Source of the DNA: Eukaryota sp. GEM-RC1
Taxonomy: Eukaryota
Assembly: GCA_040285855.1 (NCBI GenBank)
Contig: JAUFOQ010000001.1
Span: 248,001-312,000, forward strand
Direction of reading: 5' to 3'
Length of the DNA: 64,000 nucleotides
Shown: positions 12,201 to 26,093 of the stretch, piece after piece
Layout: every line of letters starts with the position of its first letter
Position numbering within the stretch: position 1 is the first letter of the stretch
The notes under the pieces: generated by a model
Seen by the model: only the letters and a program-made list of their open reading frames with translations
Told to the model about the DNA's origin: nothing
Databases searched by the model: none
Translations under genes and position numbers: made by a program

Positions 12201-13182
12201 AATTATTTTTAAAGATCTTAGCAGTGGTTCAACAAATGACTCAATTTTGAGGACTTATACATAGCATGTATTTGGTCTCTTGCAGCATCATGCATACACG
12301 TTCGATAAATAATATAGCGGTTACCATTTATTATCTGCTGTTGTGGCTCAAATGAATGCAATGTCTATATGTGGTAGTGCCAGCTTTTCAATCAAATAAA
12401 GTAGTAATGTTGCTCCTGAACACAGAGTCTCAGGGAAGATCTATCTTGTCGTCAACTGAAGTGTACACACATTTGAAATCTCCTTAGTCAAGACAGAAGA
12501 TGAACGAGTTCACGTAATGGATAGTGATGGTGATCGCAATCTCGGTATTTCAAACTTTCAAAATACACTGTTCCATCACTGTTCAGAAAGAGTGGTCGAA
12601 CTATTTGACGATGATATGCGTAATAATGCCCAGTTCATGTCACGACTGAGAGATCAATGTTTGACATGTGTAGTGTGTCTTTCAGATCTACAAGAAGACA
12701 CCATTGTTGTAAATACAACTTTTGTTTCTTTTAACGAGAAAGATGCACCAAAAGTACAAATGATTGAATGAGCTTTTAAAGTTAGAAGCACTTTTATACT
12801 GATGAGATCAACTTAAAACTGTACTTAACCATTATGATTCCCCTCTCACCTATCTAAATCAATTTTTTTGGCTTCATTCGTAGCTATAAGGCTCAGAGCA
12901 TCTTCAAAGATCCATTTGGAGATGATACTGTAGTTTGGCATGAATATAAGTTGATCTTTGATCTTCAAGAAATCGTGAAGAAACACAGATGGATCAAGGA
13001 CAAAGTTTCTTTCTTAAAGAGAATGGTAACTTGAATTAGGGGTAGAGTTTCAAAGAAAAATGATACCATGTTTATAAATATTTAGTGAGACTAATTCCGA
13101 TATGTGATAAATGAAAATGACGTGCAATATTAGTCTCAGTGAGACTAATTGAAACAATCGGTGAACTACAATAATTTTCAAC

Positions 13183-13546
13183 CAGTGTTCGAAAACACAC
13201 GTGTCATTCAGAAAACCAAGCTGTGAAACCCGTTTCCACAACGCACAGGTGTCTGAATGGTGTGAATTCAACAATTCCATCCTTCCAAAGATTTCTCACT
13301 CTCCCCTCATTTCGGGATGACTGGCTCTCAACAAATCCTAATGAAGATGACATTAACGATGTAACTGACGTTGAAGACTCAGAGGACGATGTGATAGAGG
13401 ACCCTTTTCTTGTAGTTAGTGACTAGTGACAAAAATAAAGTACCTCTACTTTTTGAAAACAAAAGGTGCACACGTGTCCAAAAACAAAACGAACGTGTGA
13501 AACACGTTTCGTAACCGTACACGTGTCCGACACATTTCTAACACTG
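13183..13546. mobile_element. Non-autonomous hAT element (364 bp)
   Basis: TIRs cagtgttcgaaa / tttctaacactg; perfect 8-bp TSD ttttcaac (13175-13182, 13547-13554); internal acidic tail resembling a transposase C-terminus; subterminal cacgtg repeats. Confidence 0.85.
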
Positions 13547-16039
13547 TTTTCAACTACATATTCTTTGTTTTAAACATTTCCCTCCTTCATTTTTAAATAA
13601 ATTCCACATACAGTGGATCTATCAATATATTGATTACAAAACTAGTTTACGATGAGCAACTATTTCAGCAAATTAAATACCCCACTGATACTCTTCCATC
13701 GGATGAAAAAGCCCCATGTTTCAGATAAATAATCACATGGATCTCTTACTGTCGATTTGGTAAGACAGCTTTGATCGTTGAATTTGGTTGCTTTACTTTT
13801 AGGGTCATACCACTACAAAATCAGCTGACATATTTCGTCTTTTTAAATCCATCATCTTAGTTACACCTACATTATAGCCTTAGCAGCACGTGCCAATTAG
13901 TCATAATAATAGACTATACTACTGGTAAATCAAGGATAAAACAATAGAATATGTATAAAAATCGTCTGTGTTCTGCAGCCAGGCAAACTTCGTCCTGATA
14001 AACGTAGCAACTATGACCCCAGAGTTGATTGCTAGTACTGTTCAGATGACACGGAATATACACTTATATATTTTTGGCTGATGACTGTTGAGCGATGTAC
14101 GATCACCGATACTTGAACAATTTGCCATCTAATTGGCTCATTCATTCAAAACAAACGACGAAACATACTTAAAACGACACTCTCAGATCAAAAACACCCG
14201 ATTACATTTCCAATGAGATGAATGACGCGTAGGTTCAGTTTTCAATGAAGTCTATAACCTGCATATTTATTATCATGTCACAGAGTGTCAGTGTCGTAGA
14301 AGGTCAATTAGAGATAAATAATCGAAATGGTCATGGCAAAAACACAAAATGGCATAAACATGTGGACGTATGGACTCCCCCATACGTGCATGGCAAACAC
14401 TTGCCCAACATGGGTCAACACTCATTCTGACAATGTTTGTTTATGGAGCACCAAACACAATGCTGCTTTGTTATATGAGTTGGTCTTTTCAAACTTTGGA
14501 GTAGACTTCTTACGATGTTCATTTCGCTTGAATCTTGAATGAGGAGTGACTAATCGGTCGCAAATCTCAGCGTTTCGAGCTCAAAGTGTACGTATCATTT
14601 TTGCAATTGACCATTTAGTTTTGTTTTCTACCATAATCATATCTAACACAATAACCTAAATTAGCTAAGATCGTTCTTCAGTTTTTCATTTGTTAATAAT
14701 ATTTACTTAATATTGATAATATTCCTCATTTATAATTGTAAATAAAAGTCGTTTCTCTTTCAGTTAGTAACATCAGCGAAAAAAGTAATCATTGATATTT
14801 GTGTCTACTGCCCTTTTTCAATTCAGTGGTGACCAGCGTGCACGACGTCATGTGCTGTTCATTGTAAGGATGAACGTTTGATGAAGCAGATAGAAGGACA
14901 GTTTGACAAATAGTTTGCCACTTTGTCTTATTGGAGTAAGAAGGTCGACAATGGAAAGTTCAAACGTTGTTGAGCCAAATGACCATTATTCTCCATCATA
15001 TACTCAGTATCCTTCACTATAAAGGAACCAACAGTGATCAGATGCTAGTACTGGGTTTAAACGATTCAAGATATGATCAAGAAGAGTCACATGACTTCTG
15101 AACTTCAAGTCTAAGCTGTTTTGTCATTCCAATCTTGGAAAGGGCAAAGACGATTGTGAAGAACATAAACGAGAAAATTTGACACGCTGAAATCGTATTG
15201 AAAAATTTATTGGAACGACAATGCAAAGTGAGCAAACAAGTGTTTACACTGGAATATTCTTAATGCACAGACTATGATATCTTCCCACCTTGTCCGTGTT
15301 AACACCGTTAGATGAGCAGTTTGCATCATCTACATGGTGTTCTCCTTCCAATATCAAATGACCATGTCTGCAAAGATCGAACTCTAAAAGATCTGGTTGC
15401 TGCAAATGTGAGGACGTAGTGAAAAGTTGAACTGCACTTTTTGAACGTTTTTTATTAAATTGGAATAAAACGTATAAAACGCTAAACATAGTTTTTTACA
15501 AGCCTACTGGAATGCAGTATTTTAACAGGTACAAATTTGGTGCTATTTTGGCCTTCTAATTGACCTGAGAGTAAAATCTTCATCTCAAACACAGTCCTGA
15601 ATGTTGTTTCGATCGTTAATTTCTCCCATTACAAAGGTTCTAATATTTAGAACTAAAGCCAAATACAAAAGAATTACAGCATACCGTTTAAATAGTCGGC
15701 TATAGTGTTAACAAAACTAATATTTGAAATGTCTTCTCAGTTTTGAACTGACTTTGGATCGGTGTAAGTCTCAGAATAAGAGATTTAACTTTTCAATTTG
15801 GTATATCTAGCACTGACCTTTGTTCCGTTTGATGCCTAAGATTTTGACATCAATTATCACAAAGTTGTGTAAAAACTGTGGTGCTGTTGACCAGGAATTT
15901 CTGTGTCTAGTCTTTCATAGCTTGTATTTTTGTGCCTTCATGATGGACTTTTTTTTCAATACAAATTTGTAGTTCCTTGCTTTTATTATTAATCAACAAA
16001 CAAAACAATGGATTACTACCCAAAGAGTTGAGTGTCGAG

Positions 16040-16653
16040 CAGGGCTCCTCAAAATAAATTTAAATTCTATTTAGTTTTATATAATTTTATTTATAATTAT
16101 TTTTGAGCCGTTTGGCGATCAAGCAAATAAAATAAAACCAAACAAAACATAAATAAATATAAATAAAATGTTGGACAGTAAACTTCAGTGATCTTTACAT
16201 TACATGAGTTAATTTAGTGCCCGAGATCGTTAATTGGCTTTTGACATGAAGTGTGAAATACTCAAGCTCGTTCGTTGAGACATTTGCCCTCAAAGGTAGA
16301 TTCAACCGATGCAGACGAGGCTTTCATCTGTGTTCTAAGCCAATCCAACGACTATATCCGGGAATATGATTTGTGAACGATTCTCATGGTCGTCCATGAT
16401 GCTGATTGTGGAACTAATGTTGAAGGTCCACAGATCTCTATGAAATGGCGACACAGTTAGAGTAATTATACGAAGCAGAAAGTCAACTAACCTATTTCGA
16501 CAAGAAAAGAATGATCAAATGGATTGTGTATTCATCGATAGTGACTGAGAGAAAATGTACTAATAAAATATTTGGTTTTTATTTGGTTTTTATTTCACAT
16601 TTTTTGGCACTTTTTGATGTTCAAATTATTTTAAATTATCTTATGAGAGGGCC
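16040..16653. repeat. Dispersed ~600-bp repeat, probable non-autonomous DNA transposon; diverged second copy at ~41045-41680
   Basis: Both copies start gcagggctcctca, share internal blocks (gaagcagaaagtcaact, tgtgtattcatcgatagtgact) and end ttaaattatct.atgagag. Terminal inverted similarity is imperfect. Confidence 0.7.
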
Positions 16654-16714
16654 AGGTATCGAACAAAAGAAACACAAGTGGACACGATTTATATTTGGGA
16701 TTTTGCTTGACAAA

Positions 16715-18162
16715 ATGCCGATTGTGTCATACAAGTATCTCTGGATATTAACCATACTATTGTCTCCAGTTGTGTCCTTCGTGTATTCTAGAGATGACCT
16801 TTGTGGGTATGATCCAGCTTATGTTGCTGCCAACATTTCTGGTTCCGAGGTCAGTTTCTTTCTACACCCATGTAATGCTCCGAAATCAATGTCCAATTGT
16901 ACCTCTCCAGCTTGTATGCATGTTGGTAATGACTTTGTTAGCATTGGCTCAAAATTGGCTCGTTTTGAGACATTTCGTCGTGAACTCTATTTTTCTCTCA
17001 GCGATAGTGATTCCTGCGAAGCTGATGGGAAAAAAGGTGATTATGAAACAGTGATCGTGTTCAAGTGTGATCCATCTTTGGGAAAGGGCAACCAATCTGT
17101 TGTTGTTTCAGATTCAGAACTTCCCGTTACACTATGTACCGCATCTACAACCACTACTTTCCATTTCGAATGGTCCATCAATGACGAAGATCTTTGTGTG
17201 GTATTGGAACTGCCAAGTTTGGGTTTCATTATATTCACCGTGCTTCTTGGTCTTTGCTGTGTTTCCTGCTTTGCTGGCATTGTTCAGAGAAACTGGTGTA
17301 TCCATAAAAGTCTGTTTTCTCATACTGACAACGTTACCGAGTTTCTGTGGTATATTCCTATTATTTGTTCCATTCTTATGTTTGCCGGAGGGGCTGCTTT
17401 CGGTATTTCGATTGTTATTGTGATGGTGCTGACTTTCACCATTTATAAGATCATGTACGTGGAATCAAATATCAATCGATGGACTCGAATTTTCTGGTGC
17501 ATTCCAATCGGGCTTCTGCCACTTCTTTTGTTGCACTCACATTCATCAGTCTTTTGGAGCGTTTGGATCATAGTATGGAGCTGTCTGATTTTTGGTTCTA
17601 TGTAATCAGTGCAATCGTTAACGCATTTTTCTCCTCTTCATTACTTGAAGAAGCTCTTAAGTGGTTTGTTATCGTATCACATTCAGTATCCGTGGAGTTC
17701 CAAGCAGCAGGCATATCCTCTGGAGCATTTTATGGGGCCGCTGCAGGTTTTGGATTTGCTTCCTTTGAGAACATTCTTTATGTTATTCAAGCAGCTGCAC
17801 AAGGTCCTTCATGGATGATTGCTGTTGCAATTATGAGAATTTTACCAATGTGTTCCCATATATTTTACGCATGGTTTATGGGCTTGGTCTTTGCAACTCA
17901 TGCTAATAATGTTGAAAACCCAATTAATCCTAACAACTCTTTTGTCATTCCCTTCGTTTGTCATGCCCTTTGGAATTTTAGTTTGATGATTGTTCCTGCT
18001 GTGGAAATCGCTTTAGGGGAATCTGTAGCTGAAATGTATTCTATTGTGGTCATCGTCATTTTGATTGGGTTTCTGTTTTGCTTTAAACGTTATGTTAAAG
18101 GTAAAATTGAACATTTTGAAAGAGTCACAAAAAAGCCAGTGAATCTTGAGTCTGCAGTTTAA
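16715..18162 (+). CDS. MRH (mannose-6-phosphate-receptor homology)-like domain fused to a PrsW-family intramembrane protease, ~480 aa, with one frameshift near 17510
   Basis: Signal-like N-terminus MPIVSYKYLWIL; Cys-spaced domain with YETVIVFKCDPS and FHFEW; multi-TM region with PrsW motifs EEALK, GFGFASFENILY, R..PM..H and HALWN. The listed start at 16511 lies inside a repeat. Confidence 0.7.
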
Positions 18163-18741
18163 TTTCAGTAATATATAAATACTTGTAAATTTCTTGATAA
18201 AATTGTTGACAATCTACAATTTTGGGCTTGTAGACCGTATAAAAAAGTAAGTAAGTAAAGTAAACAAGGCCAACAGTTCAACTCAGCTAGACGTTGAAGG
18301 AAAAGTGTTATATTAAGTTCTTTTCAAATTTCGACTGCACCAAAAGTTGAACATCAACATCATTGTTGATATCTACCTCTACAGATCGAAATACGTGCTA
18401 TTAATGATACCTCGCTATTGTTTATAGCCCTTCTCTAATCAGTTGTGAATGACAAATTCGTAATTCATGTGGAAGATGAAAGTTTGGGGATTATTGTCCT
18501 ATAAATCACTAACAAACTGGTCCATTTCAGTTAATCTACGCTAAATATATTCAGTTGAGTGAATACATAATTCAAATCTCATTGGTTGTGCAGACTAAGC
18601 TAAGATCGATGAAGTCAAGATCAATATATCGATATGTCCTGAAGCCACATGCTAGTACATCAAATGTAATACATGTATATAATATATCCATCAATAACTG
18701 TTTTTTAATATATAATATTATGTTTATGACAAATTAAGACA

Positions 18742-20859
18742 ATGAGTTCAATCGAAACAAGAGTGTGCAAACACGTGTTGGTACGTGTTGACACGCTTTC
18801 AAAATTCTTGACATCAAGTGTTTGGTCACTTTTGGATATTTAACACTCCATATTTAGAGTCATGCCCTGTTACATCTGCGGGACTGCTGGACCTTCCATT
18901 ATACCCATCTGCTGTGGTCGCTATGTCTGCCTCAATGATTGTATTGCTAAGTGGAGATCTAGAACATGTCCTTGTCATTTGTGCAATAAACATCACTTCA
19001 TTTCCCTCAAGAAGACGGATACGTTTCTTGATGCTATAACGTCTTGTTACACCTACCATCCTTGGTCCCCGAGCATCTCCTCCCCATTCATCTTCCACAT
19101 TCTCTGTTAGTCTTGCTCAGCTTTCATCTTCTAGACCGTATGTACAAGCCTTTCTGGGAAAGGTCTCCACCTCACCGATTCATCCATTTTCGCTCCCAAT
19201 TTAAACTCTTCTTAGAAAAGGTGGGCTATGTCAGTCAACGTTTCTTTGAATCGTGTTTCCCAGCAGTACGAGTCTTTTTTGAAAGATGTTCATTTTCGAT
19301 AGAGTGTAAACACCTTCCACTAATTTTTGAGTCTGCTAATTTGTTTGAAACATATCCCAGGAATATTGAAATGAACGTGAATCGTTTTACTACGGCAGAT
19401 AGTATTTGTCATGTCGTTACTGATATGAATATTGTTTCAAGCTTAACAATATTGCCTGACTTTGATTTGGACATGTTACTTGAGTGTGATTTTTTCTTGC
19501 CTTGCCATGTCTTCGAGTTTTTGACGTTGCCATGAAGTTACCTCGTGATGTTTTGACTGCTCTTTGTAAATGTCTACTAATTAACACCACTGTTATCGAT
19601 TTCAGAATTAAAATTAATCAAATTTCACTAGAAGAAGCTACATCCCTGGCAGAAGTGATACGTTCAAAGACCACATTGAAGAAGCTTCTATTGACATGTC
19701 ATAATGAAAAATCTTTAGATGATCAATTTCGTGTTTTGTTTTCTGCTATTTCAAGTCATTCACTTATTGAAGAACTTGATATATCTGGCCTTAGAGTTCA
19801 CGATTCAATCATTCTTTTACCACTGTCAGAGAGTTCTAGCCTTAGGACTGTTTTGTTTCCTAGTATTTATGAACACAACACTCCACTCCATGATGCTCTA
19901 AAATGTAATTCAAATATTAGAAAAGTTGCTATATATAGTCAGACCGCCGCTGGTGAAGATCTTGGTGATGTTCTCCCGTTTTTGTTTGTTTAAAAGTACT
20001 TGTAATTACAGGATTTTATGTATATCCATCAATTTACAAATCTCTTGAGACAAATTCTTCCTTGTTGGAGCTACAGTTTATGCATGTCTTACAGGATTGG
20101 AGATCAAGAATAACTGACCAAGATGTTCAATCATTAGTGGAAATGTTTCATTTGAATAGTACTTTGCTGGTCTTAAATCTAGAAGGATTAAACTGCAACT
20201 CCTCGCAGTTTAGAACAATGCTAAAAGGACTGGAAAAGAATAAGACATTGAGAAAAGTTCGTTTTTATTTAATGGATTTAAGTTCATTAATCATGGTTTT
20301 TGATGTAATTGTATCACACAAATTGATTCCATGTATTGAACTTGCTCGTCATTATATCGATGTTCATCTTGGGCTCATTTGTTTTGACAATAGAGTTGAA
20401 GCAGATGATTTAGCTTCACTCTTGCGGGCTTTAAAGTCAAATGTTCCTATTCAACGTGTTGAATGTCTTGGATTTGGAAGTCCAAGTCTAGAAGAACTTG
20501 TTGTTCTATATGAAATTCTTTTCATCAACAAGACAGTTATCGATGCTGATATTTCACCACATTCAATTGACGTTAACAATGGTTTGTTTTGTTTTTCACC
20601 TGAAAAACCTAGTCAAATATCTTATGAAGAAGTTTCATCACTGCAAACTCTTTCGAAGCGTTTTAGTCTTGCAGAGCTGACGTTTAAACAATGTCATTTT
20701 AAAGACGATACAATCACTATTATGAGTGATTTCATCACGGGTAACAGTTCATTGACTTCTGTTGACTTCAATGATTGTGATTTGCCTGATATCATGACCC
20801 GTGTTTTTGAGGAATATACATTTGTTCAGTTTCAAAAGGCTGAATCTCAATCAAAATAG
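18742..20859 (+). CDS. RING-finger + leucine-rich-repeat protein (RI/NLRC3-like LRRs), interrupted by introns/frameshifts; possibly a pseudogene
   Basis: CYICG...CCGRYVCLNDC...CHLC RING-like motif; LRR motifs such as NTTVIDFRI, NSTLLVLNLEG and NSSLTSVDFNDC across ORFs 18862, 19044, 19502 and 20062. Exact exon boundaries are uncertain. Confidence 0.65.
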
Positions 20860-21187
20860 AATTTACTGGAAGTTGATTAATTTGGAAATGATTGTACGTG
20901 GGTATATTACACATTATCGTATCGATTACTTTGTCCTTATTTCTTTTGATTTCATGCATTAGGAGTATCAGATTGATATATGTGATTTATGTTTACTACT
21001 GGAACAATACACTAATAAATTTACTTTTCTACATTGTCAGTGTATATGTGCATTTACAAGACAACAAGTTGTAATGTAAAATGCTTTTAAGGCAAATATT
21101 GTTGATTCAATATTACAAAATTTAATATTAAGAATATCAGTATTACAGTCAGGGAGGAAAATACATATTTAAATAACTATGATATTG

Positions 21188-21346
21188 TAGACCTGTCAAA
21201 AGGGCTCGACTCAAGCCATAAGCCGATCGACTTGAGCCAAATGATATTCAAATTTGTGTTGGCTTGCTCAAATGACTCAAGCCAAAGCCAAACCAGTTTG
21301 GAATTTTCCAAGCTAAAGCATATGGCTCAAGCCGATTACAGGTCTA
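21188..21346. mobile_element. hAT-type MITE (159 bp)
   Basis: TIR tagacctgt / acaggtcta; perfect 8-bp TSD tgatattg; internal ctcaagcc repeats. Confidence 0.9.
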
Positions 21347-21645
21347 TGATATTGTGATTCGATGAAAATATCTACTACATGTACTTATTCAAATTGGATA
21401 ATGTGTAAATATTTTTACAATATTTAAATTCGTAATTAGTATGAACCTTAGTCGTAATAGCATTTATTATGACAATAAATCAAATTTAAACAAACAAACA
21501 AACTCATCAACATCACTTTTATCTCTTCTTGTGTTAACAATGTAATCTGATGTGGTATTCCAAAACTCACGGTTTTCGCTTAGATCTAACTGGCTTAACG
21601 GAAGGACAACTATGGATTTTGATCTTTTGCAGTGTTGCACGAAAC

Positions 21646-22108
21646 TAAGGCTGTTAAAAGCTATCAGGTCACAGGTCAGGTCAAAGTCTTGACACTATCT
21701 TGAATTGACCTTTGACCGATGGCAGAACTATTGTGTTTTATAGCTGAACTAGTTGCTGTTAAATTGTTTGTTATGTTTGAAATAAAAAAATAGTAAAATA
21801 ATTACTTTTTAAATCTATCAATTCAAAACAGCATTCTTTATTTGCATTCCGACAGACAAGAGCTTGAGCAACGTACAATTGTAAATGGTGTCATTCTCAC
21901 CACCGACAGATTGTATAATCCACACATCCCGGAATCTTTAGCTAGTGTGGAACATTTTGATACATAATAATAGATCGGTGATGTCATGATTTTCAACTAT
22001 AGCACAGACATTGAGCAGTGAAAATCGAATCTGAGGTGTCTTGACCTGACCCGAGACCTAACCTGAACCGAGTTCCGGATGTCTTTTCTTAACTTTTTAA
22101 CATCCTTA
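21646..22108. mobile_element. Non-autonomous hAT element (463 bp)
   Basis: TIR taaggctgttaaaa / ttttaacatcctta; perfect 8-bp TSD cacgaaac; subterminal aggtc/gacct repeats. Confidence 0.9.
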
Positions 22109-23395
22109 CACGAAACGAAAAAATGAAAATTCCTGTGGAAACGCGTTTCACTTTCCATACGTCAATTTATGATTCAACAGCTCAATTGTTCTCCACTAAC
22201 CTTCTCTCTTCGAAAAACTACCGGTTAACGGCTATATTTCATTTTTATCAAATCTTGATTGTGTTTGCAGGTGTTTATACTAGTACATGTTGCTATGGAC
22301 TGTACTTGCCAGTGAAATGACAATGAGAGAGAATACTGGATCACAAACTCAAGTTATTTCTATAAGTGTTTTCGTTTTAGCGGTTTGTTACTCTGCATAC
22401 AATCTTATTGATAACATTCATATAAAGAACATTAAAGTACAATAAACTGAACGTATTTTTCACCAAATTTACAGTATGTATCAAGGTTGGATACGTTTAT
22501 TAACGTTTCGGATGCGTTCACTACCGCTTCGTTCAACACCAAATCGTTGTTTAGCTTTACTGAACAGTCAGGGGAGTTCGAATAACTTATTGATGATTAC
22601 ATTTCTCCAATCCAGTATTTCGTTGTTAGGCAAAGTTTGCCTAAATGACCAATTTGTCTACATCGTCCACACAGCTCTTCTGATAATGACCTAAAAGCAG
22701 ACAGTTCTTACACACATCTTTCTTTGCTGAAATTGCTGCAAAAGTATGAATACCATGAACTTTGGTTTCATCAATACAGGGAGTGACAGCTGAGTAAAAG
22801 GTCACTTAGGCTCTACAGTGTTTGTTATAGATGTTTCCTCGCTCTCATCTTCTGGACAGCTGTGGAAGAACGGCGATTCCTGTTTTTTTAGATATCGATC
22901 ACATCTTCTTCATCATCCTGTTGTTCACCAACAACACATTCCACAACCCATTGTTGGTGATACACTTCCAGTCTTACTCTCTTTCGTACTTCCAGATAAA
23001 CCATATACTCTTCGTTGATATCCTTGACATACAAGTTCCTCACTATATGGGTCCCTGTTAATAGTTTTGAAGTTGTTGAAGGTTCTCCTTTAATATTCTT
23101 TTGTTTAGATCCACAAAAACAATAAAAATAGAGTATTATATACTAGAAGTGTTTCTTTCAGTCTAATTCCTCCGGAAAAAACACCACGCCGGCGGTAATT
23201 CCTGTGCGTTCCTCTGTATCCAGGTTCTACACAACATCAACAATGGAAGTACATGTAGTGATCAAAAGCACTTTTTTCAAAGACTTTCAGCAAGTATATC
23301 AAAGTTACAACAACGTCTTTTGGGTATAACTTATGCCACATAAGCAATTAGAAGAGAGAAAGTGTTATGTCGCAACTTTACAAATTCCCAGCTAA

Positions 23396-24748
23396 ATGAA
23401 CAGATCTATTGATGAGGTCCTATCGTTGAATCATAATGCTGAACCCTTGAAGAAACGGCATTTGTGTGCGATTTTTGCTGTTCTTGTGGCCAAGAGTACA
23501 CTTCAACACTCTATCTACGTGTGTTTTGGTCCTCTTCTGGTTGTAAGGCTGTATCAGGGATCTTCAACTGTTCTGGGACTTGTTACTGGAGTGGGAACTT
23601 TGTGTCAATTGATAGCTATTCCGTGTGCAGTACTTTCTGACAAAGTTGAGTTTCTATCTGGTTTGTTCTGTATCAGGTCTTTACCTTAGGACGCCGACGA
23701 CCTTTCATCATCTGGGGGTCTTTTTTGATGATGATTGGAGCAATCTTGTGGTTATTGATCGATGTCTGGGATGTCTCGATCTTTGTTCAGCGGATACTTT
23801 TTTCTTTCTGGGTTTGCTACTGCAGCTTGTGGTATTAGTATTGTGCAGATATTTCATGTTGCCTTGGTAGTTGATGCATTCCCTTCATCATCAATTCCAA
23901 AAAGCAGATCACAATACTGGACGGTACTGGCCCACTGTTTTGGTTATTTAATTACACAAAGTGCGTTTGAAGAAGATGTGGATTTCACACGGTTCAACAT
24001 CCTGTTTCTGCTGGTCACCATCATTTCCTGTATATCCACTCTTTGTGCCTGCAAGGAGACACCTTTCAAACGAAAGATAGACACCCCTTTTAAGCTTTGT
24101 TCGGTACTGGATGACTTAGAGTTTAGCGCTTCTGAAAATTGGAATTTTGTGATCTTTGGCTATATTCAACTGCTGTTTTTTACAACTTTTGCTATTCATT
24201 CTTACGTTTTCTTTTTTATGAGAGATATATTCAACTCAACCTTGGAAAATCTACCAATGATTATCTGCATTGCGTTTGACCCGAGAGCCAGTCTTCGAGA
24301 TCTCTTGTTATTAAATTATCATGGAAAAAGTCTCTATCATATTTGTATTCTTTTACGTATCATTTCCCTGGTTGCTCTTATTTTTGGAACTGAAGGTTAT
24401 GTCATTCTCGGGTTTTATATTTTCTTTGCTTCATCATATTTGTTTTTTGTTCAATTCTATGACACCGTTCCGCTATATTTACCTCCCAAAAAACAAGCAG
24501 GAACTTATGGAGCTCTCCTTGCATTTCCTGCTGTCATTGGATTAGCTTTAGGATGTATCACCTACGGAGTCATTCTAAGCTTCTTTCCTGACGGAGAACC
24601 TGAGCCTGGTATGCCTCAACAGTACACAAGAGACGGTTATAGTGTATGTTGGATGGTCTCAATTTGTATTCTTGTTCTATCTTCTTTGATAACATGTAGA
24701 TTAAGAGCTGCGACTTCTGAAATCAAGGAAATGTATAATTCAGTATAA
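23396..24748 (+). CDS. MFS transporter (SLC45/sucrose-symporter-like); intron 23645-23676; one further frameshift near 23760
   Basis: Splicing a 32-nt GT-AG intron gives SDKVFTLGRRRPFIIWG (MFS motif A variant); many hydrophobic segments. Confidence 0.75.
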
Positions 24749-25314
24749 TAATAGTATATTATATTAAGCGAATCAAAAATCTATCTCTAAATACTCGATC
24801 GAATAAATCCTGTCTTAATTTGCAAATCCTTCCATTTAAGAATCAAGGATGAAAATGCTACAATAAAACTGGAACATACTACATTAGTCGGCAAAATTCA
24901 GAAAGAAATACTTTACCAGTGCCTTGTTGCAGTGTCTGTATCAGTGTTAATTAGATTAGAGAATGTAAGAACTGGACAGGTGCCAGTCAAATATTACTTG
25001 ATTCGGTTCGTGAAACTTTCTATTCGTCTTAATAACCACTGTTTTTCTTAATATATGCTGATCCTTTGAAAGACCTGAAACACGTTGTCCATGTTGTATA
25101 TTCACTTGTCCCTTTGTGGGAGACTACCTATAGCAACTAAAAAGCGTGAAACAAGATACGAAGCTGTACTTCAAAGAGTTGGTGTTTTGATCAGACGGAT
25201 CATTCGACAGCAGAAACGTCTGACTGGAAGATAATACAAAGATGACAATAACAACAATTAGATCAGTACTAGTAGATATTTCATGTTCAGATAATTTGTT
25301 GATTTTAGCTGTTA

Positions 25315-25372
25315 CAGTCTACCCTCCCAATATGACCAGGTGTCGGACCGGTCTTATTGGGAGAGTATGGTG
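25315..25372. mobile_element. Tiny hairpin, probably a pogo/Tc1-like mini element; related single ends at ~11518-11533 and ~27165
   Basis: ta|cagtctaccctcccaatatgacc ... ggtcttattgggagagta inverted repeat; gggagggtagactg|ta at ~11520. Confidence 0.5.
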
Positions 25373-26093
25373 TTTATATAGTGAACAGCGATCGACGATC
25401 GTTTATAACAAATAAAACAACCAGCTAAGACAACTAATGCTTGGGAAAAACAAAGAGACATCGTGACAATTTTGACGAATATGAACTAGTACAGAGTTTT
25501 TGCTTTCAGCGTATATCAACAGATAACATCTACAGAGAGAAAGAGCAAAGGTTAGGAACAAGAAAACAACGATCTTGCACAGGATTTCAGATCGATAAAG
25601 GGAATGTAATAGCTTACAGAGTGCCCATCTAGGGAGAGGATGAAGTTATGTGACTCACAAAAAGCGGATATGAGTTATTTGAAGTGAACAATGTCCACCA
25701 ACATGCAAATAGGAGAGAACTATGAACGTACGAGTAGACAACATCATCTCTGGTGATTGAATCTTTGATGAATGAAGAAGGCTGAAAAGGCGATGTTGAG
25801 GGGAAGTGACTGTTTTTGAGGGAGCTCCTCCCAACACAATTTTCATCAACAGACAAGACCAAGACATTGTTTGACATGCGGTTCGCAGGGGAGATTATAA
25901 AGAATAGATCTGACAAAAACACTCAAGCTATCTTAGCCACGAGATAATAATTCACATCATGTGAGGTGAGCAAGCAATAAAAGATGTTTTAGCTTTAGGA
26001 TATAGATATGTGAAGTGTGAAATGATTCGGTATGGAAACCAGCAACATCATAAGCGGAAGAGATTACGATACGGGTTTTGGTTCGAAGCAAAT

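Noticed and set aside
13600..16000. Short ORFs and possible transposase debris
   Set aside because: No termini, TSDs or convincing motifs identified.
16511..16714. N-terminal 68 aa of the listed 364-aa ORF
   Set aside because: Mostly inside a dispersed repeat also found at 41045-41680; the ATG at 16715 gives a signal peptide.
24800..26090. Short ORFs at 25441-25922
   Set aside because: Fragmentary, with no motif I can support.
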